This document shows positions 32,301 to 36,158 of a DNA stretch of 36,158 nucleotides, one piece after another. Position 1 is the first letter of the stretch. Every line of letters starts with the position of its first letter. The position numbers were made by a program, and so were the translations under genes. The stretch comes from Asterionella formosa (taxonomy: Eukaryota), in NCBI GenBank assembly GCA_002256025.1, contig NKIB01015397.1, positions 1 through 36,158 of the forward strand, written 5' to 3'. The notes under the pieces were generated by a model, which saw only the letters and a list, made by a program, of their open reading frames with translations, made no database searches and had not been told where the DNA came from.

Positions 32301-33057
32301 TCCCCTTCCCCATAGGCTTGCCCAGCGATCTGGCAGTCTGGAGCGCGATGCGTTTTCTCCCAAAACACCACCCCAATCTTCGTCCCCTGGTGGATCGCCT
32401 ACTGCAGTAATGATTGCTGAGATGGCTGCCATGACCCTTCCTGAGCTGCAAGCGCATAAAAGAGATCTTAAGCAGCAACTGAAGCAATACGACATGGAGT
32501 TTGCAAGGAAAAACGGTAGAATGCCGGTCAAAGCCGAGAAGGAACCGATTCGCCATTTGTACGAGAACTATAATACTCTGAAAAGTGAAATTACTCGAAT
32601 TGAAAAAGAAGGAGCAGGGTATCATCGGAAGACTCCTCCTCCATCATTGCAACAGCCGCTGATTGGTGGTGGACGACCGCAGCGGTCACCGTCACCTCCA
32701 CTTGCAAGAAGCACCAGTGGTAGTGGTCATGACAGTAGTAGTGAGTCTGACAATGCTACAGATTCTGTTCCGACGATTCGATCGAGTCGAAAGTCCAGTT
32801 CAGCTCCAACTGCCTTGGTTGTCGAAGCTATCCCAAGCACACCGACTGGAGCTCCTTCCCAGGACTTGTCCGCTCTCAAAGCTGAAAAGGGCAAACTTCA
32901 TCAAATGCTTCGATCGTACGAAAAAGATTTTTTCAAGGAGCACAAACGTCAAGTGTCAAGTTTTGCTGACATTAAGCCTGTGGCAAGTCAGTATCGACGA
33001 TACAAAGAAATAAAAAAGGCAATTGCTGCACTTCATAAAGGAGGCGGAGGAAAATAG
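29386..33057 (+). CDS. Large Ser/Pro-rich protein with three FAM13A-C-terminal-like helical repeats and an IQ motif
   Basis: First ATG at 29386. Repeats at ~31783-31929, ~32443-32592 and ~32872-33024 share the pattern L..L..FE..F....GR.P......P....Y..Y...K. IQ motif AACRIQALFRGATTR at ~31936-31980. Confidence 0.75.
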   Translation: MMTLNPSTISSDKNSGKTMVSNPSALRRRKPKGTNAAFGQSSVESNDRPDEGSTTSSTVSTLGPAMQRKNQPQHRSTGSSSDIAIKNNPSHSARLALVCCQNVLHYKTQTQLSLCPPGHNRRTLQGAIRTRQRRTISPRNPPKQEGTDEVFYGLDKLLGVEELAGYLKNDDEYLLTTNTFDLESDEEASSGDDDDLADLEDVLGWEYPATLSSAAGKCIEEKYSSLREPLFTSPGSDPPNKGQATSGTAAKLPFHHRKIRLFDQVSSQDRATARVYLREQLRKGKKRDGKFLFLHLKQMQLQEKRRLQVERGEISDTVSDEDNMDVDDLVEEGMSSFEGFMTPSISVALLLESLAMNPLESIEGMSKCYDGIVAAGVALLDASIRNERPTRSEVIAALAPLLITSLEQASGDVILQLSRMRRMCGTTRYQRRFVQRIAPILVRPVRGAIWCLKHQNDMEPILAATELIFDSAGDVFSKGWHDRGQQILADSARKLTLNTAAEQLRNLSSDAEGGLGLHKWRQTRMISGSTQAKDVGRAEPLAEWEVIAVDRQIRISIGNILSMDWSRVAEPNYTELISSKRNKSTGSLSHSGIRAGRSGENTKAAGPRSPLRQMAKSPYTPASYHPVMAPPPAPDIVESVFGSSFLSQPMNSLVIGRSLSPDVSMSPGALSSSPNNWVSRKIGSPHTPKSNYSDAVPSTPPRSPPTTSAFQPLPSMTRLELLSPHQPLSIEAPMGVKSPPSGVDRAPLSPSASVSSADFVPHARLMSSNSSGASVGSSTAQPAHYRTLTSTAAERKRTVAACRALRSQIQRFEEAFMQLHGRPPKGTSERSPLATTYAQYREWKRAIRADAACRIQALFRGATTRWSLLRSSSPRLSRVVMIRTGRPGGAEAMLLGKLQSDNVLKRLSIPVEIGSESDRGRGLSPIVSSLVAASHTSVPNQTQGDNMGVEVFINPMHGSPTVSTSSPSPTWTPLPHRLAQRSGSLERDAFSPKTPPQSSSPGGSPTAVMIAEMAAMTLPELQAHKRDLKQQLKQYDMEFARKNGRMPVKAEKEPIRHLYENYNTLKSEITRIEKEGAGYHRKTPPPSLQQPLIGGGRPQRSPSPPLARSTSGSGHDSSSESDNATDSVPTIRSSRKSSSAPTALVVEAIPSTPTGAPSQDLSALKAEKGKLHQMLRSYEKDFFKEHKRQVSSFADIKPVASQYRRYKEIKKAIAALHKGGGGK

Positions 33058-33635
33058 GATGATGAATGTTTCCTTTTGGAAGTCAATCATATAGCCCATA
33101 TAACAGTATTAACACAAAGCGAGTCACATGTATATTTGCTGAGTACCGGTGCCTGGTACTGACGATGGGAGTGGTGTCATCGTGGAACATTCGAGTAACA
33201 CCAGAATAACAAAACACAAAACGACAAATACTAGGTACCTATTTCCTATATGTACTCCGCCGTCCTCTAGAAGTGATGACTTCAATGGAGGTGACGAAAC
33301 AAGCAAGCATTAAGGACATGAGAGGTAGGCCACATATTGTGTATCATGCACCCAGCAAAGAATAGCGCATGAAAACTCCCAAGCAAGCTTACCGGTAGTC
33401 CAGGCATTTAGCACACGTTGGCAGTGGCGCTGTCCATGAGGGGTACATTGCCACACAAGTAGTTCCAATGATAAACTAGAATGGAGAACTAAAGATTAGA
33501 AGAATGTGACGATATGGCCTTCTAAGTTGTCATCCACAACGTATCAGTTTTTCCAGTGCAACAACCTATGTTACACATATAAATATATAGCAGTGACGAT
33601 TTGCGTAAATTTCATTTCCTCAAACTTTTTTGTTT

Positions 33636-34511
33636 TTAAAACTTCATGTTGTGTGGCTTATCACTGGCGGTCAAGGTGAATCGAGCTGCCAAGTATCCTT
33701 CCAACATTTCTGTCGCCGCCACAATCTTCAAAAGAGCACCATCCACTTTTGCTTGGTCTGCCTTGCGCGCGTCGCTGACAACAGCCTGTTTAGGGGCATC
33801 ACCCTTGAAAAACGCATCTTCTCCTTCCTTGGGGGCATCATTCTTTCGGCTAAAGTATTCGTCGTCGAGGGACGCAACATCAACAGAGGCAATATCGAGC
33901 TTGAGAGATGTGGCAATGACATAAGCAGGGTTCACTCTGCGAAGGGGGACGCCATTGATTTTGTAAGGACCACTAACGAGAATGAGGCCAGAAGGCAGAG
34001 TCTTCAGGCAAACAACTCGCTTTCCACGGAATCGGCCGGCCAGGAGGATCAAGACGGTTCCCGGTGTGATGGATGCACGAATACGGGGAGGCTGAGATAT
34101 GAATTGGTTAGCAAGCGGGATGTGCTGTACAGGTGAAGGGTGTCAGGAAAGTCCTGGATAAACTTACATTCTGCTTGACCAAGTACTTGGCCTCTACTTT
34201 GACATCCTCAGCAGGGTAATACCGAGTGCTTTTGGTTGCAGTCTTCTTCTGCAACATGGTGAGCGAAGGAGAAGGAGAACGAAGGGTGAGCTATGCTATC
34301 GTATTTGCTTTGATGACAATTTGCTATTGCCTCCTGCTAGGCGGAGGCCAGACCAGGCGAACGACAAGCCAGTGGAGTGATGTTGATTTTGTAATCTCTT
34401 TCCTTCCACTCTCCTACAGAACCATGGGCACATAGCCGTCGTAGTCGAAGCGCTCTAACATCCACTTGAGTGCACCGCTACGTCAACGAAATGACTTACA
34501 GCGGCCGTCAT
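33636..34511 (-). CDS. RPL6: 60S ribosomal protein L6 (eL6); 3 exons, 182 aa
   Basis: Exons 34511-34500 (MTAA), 34248-34168 (KKTATKSTRYYPAEDV...) and 34091-33636 (PPRIRASITPGTVLILLAGRFRGKRVV...GPYKINGVPLRRVN...PHNMKF). Both introns are GT-AG. Confidence 0.96.
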
Positions 34512-34982
34512 CTTGAATCGATACAGGAAATCGAGGTGATTTGGCGCTAGAGAGCAGAGCGACCCGTCGAAAAGTTGATGAGAGAGAATACCACCGTAGG
34601 AATTCAACTATGGTTTTAGTACGATGAAGTAAAAGGTAAGAGGGGGACTGAACCAGTTTCTATTTTGTTAGCCATTGTTTAGTCACGAAAGGAACTTCGG
34701 GACTTACAGGGATATGGAATGTAGAATGTTGCCGATGGGTTCCAGAGCCAATACACGCACGATACAAAAGTACTGTACCAGGTAAGGTACTCAGTTTCTT
34801 GTTCGACTGCTGCAGAATTGGTGTACCGGTTCATGAGAAAACTTGACGAAACTCACACCCGTAATTCTTGAGCCCATCCCATTTCATTGTACTGCACTCA
34901 GCTCGCTGACCTCCTCACTGGTCTCTCACCACTTCCTCTTCTTCCTCAAGTAGACCCATTTATGCCATAATATCAAAAGCCC

Positions 34983-35324
34983 ATGTCCTCAAATCCTCGC
35001 AAACGCCCGACGAAATCCACCGCCGACGAGGCTCGCTCCATCACAACGTCACTTCAACGAACCCAAAATCTATTGCAAATGGAGCTGGAGCGAGTGTCGC
35101 ACGTAACGGAAGCCATTGACCACGATGGGCGGATACTGTCAGATACCAAGGTGCATCAACGCGAAATGAAAGACACGGTCAAGGGAGCGAATGCAGCATT
35201 GAGAAATTTGCAGTTGCAGCAACGAAAGGAAGCGTGGGTCTTGACTGCATCGATTGCTTTCTTTTTCACAGTCGTCCTGTACATTGCGTGGACTAGAATA
35301 CGAATTCCCTTTCTGTTGTGGTGA
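34983..35324 (+). CDS. SEC20: Sec20/BNIP1-like Qb-SNARE, minimal (113 aa), tail-anchored
   Basis: SITTSLQRTQNLLQMELERV matches the start of the Sec20 SNARE motif. C-terminal TM is VLTASIAFFFTVVLYIAWTRI. Confidence 0.75.
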   Translation: MSSNPRKRPTKSTADEARSITTSLQRTQNLLQMELERVSHVTEAIDHDGRILSDTKVHQREMKDTVKGANAALRNLQLQQRKEAWVLTASIAFFFTVVLYIAWTRIRIPFLLW

Positions 35325-35393
35325 TAGGCTACTGCAGTCTAGAGCAATGTTTGGCTTCTTGTCAACTACAGGCTATTGTCGTGTGCGTCGATC

Positions 35394-35651
35394 TTAAATA
35401 TCATACTTTGGAAACGTAACATTGGGGTGATCTGCATCGTATTGGTTGGTGGGAAGCTTTAAGGCTCGTCGAATGGGAACGGCAATCAGCGGATACACGA
35501 TGCCAGTGCCGAAAAGTACGACGGATGCTGCAGCAATTGGTTCTTTATGGAAAAACATTTTCATCCACCCTTTGCCCAAATGAGAATTTGCGATTTGAAG
35601 ACAACCAGTAATTGTTCCAAAAATGGCGATTTCGTGACCGTCCCAAGGCAT
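35394..35651 (-). CDS. Small single-TM protein, probable mitochondrial complex I accessory subunit (NDUFA3/B9/NI9M-like)
   Basis: ATG at 35651 gives 85 aa. FFHKEPIAAASVVLFGTGIVYPLIAVPIRRALKLP resembles the HEKP...S...G......VPPIRR pattern of the fungal 9.5-kDa subunit. The start codon is uncertain. Confidence 0.55.
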   Translation of the reverse strand: MPWDGHEIAIFGTITGCLQIANSHLGKGWMKMFFHKEPIAAASVVLFGTGIVYPLIAVPIRRALKLPTNQYDADHPNVTFPKYDI

Positions 35652-36158
35652 GATAAAATAGATGAATTCAATAACGTTCTGCGATTCTGTATGTTGTGAG
35701 GCTGGCAAGGATAATGGACACTGTATAAGTAGGTGTGAGCACAAATGGTGTAGGTAATACATTTATAGGGATGGTTGCAAAGATCGAACCTCCGGGTTGT
35801 TCGCGCTTAGACGTCGTTGCCTCGCAGTTCATCGCGTGCAGGTAAGGGCAGGTCGCCACTTGTTGCCAATCTTATCGCTCTAAATATGCCCACTCATGAA
35901 CTCACAATGAAAATGGAAGTGGAAGTGAATGAAAGGAAGGAAGGACGAGACTACAAATGACCAGCGAATTGCGTTGCACTTTGGTAACGACGTTGCTTGC
36001 TGTGATGATTTCTAGCTTGCGACGACAAAAAGCATCAACCAGGTAGGTACTAGTACATACGTAGTAAGTACAGTATGGTAATCCATATTCATGGTGTTGT
36101 CTTCAAATGGGTGTGCAGTGCCAAGCACAGCCAACGATTCAGTTTTGTAAACTGTATG

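Noticed and set aside
34249..34499. Possible snoRNA in RPL6 intron 1
   Set aside because: Some hairpins exist (GCCTCC/GGAGGC, AGTGGA/TCCACT), but there is no C/D box pair or properly placed H and ACA boxes on the sense strand.

Overview
Eukaryotic nuclear DNA, most likely from a diatom. Support: short GT-AG introns, compact gene spacing, an ASAF plastid-targeting motif, an LHC-like helix protein, and eukaryote-specific genes (RPL22, RPL6, LSM8, SEC20, SENP8). The window has four N gaps and about 18 supportable protein genes: quinone oxidoreductase, an SERGT/HPAT-like glycosyltransferase, a sulfotransferase, a sphingomyelin/IPC-synthase-like enzyme, a PhyH dioxygenase, RPL22, SENP8, a hypothetical protein, a one-helix LIL protein, threonine synthase, a repeat protein, LSM8, a SAM methyltransferase, an XK-like membrane protein, a FAM13-like/IQ protein, RPL6, a minimal Sec20 and a probable complex I small subunit. 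The main points of interest are: (1) a 187-aa signal-peptide protein with no acidic residues, built from six FGxxYLSSLPGK-type motifs in Pro/Thr/Ala/Ser spacers, behind a duplicated promoter module with five TGACGT boxes; (2) a candidate H/ACA snoRNA in the RPL22 intron; (3) dense intergenic GGTACC/ACCGGT/CCWGG palindromes, with a sign that they arise by insertion; (4) a ~4.5-kb AT-rich gene desert with tandem repeats (centromere or transposon-relic candidate); (5) a threonine synthase with a tail anchor. All calls come from reading the sequence by eye; no database search was run.
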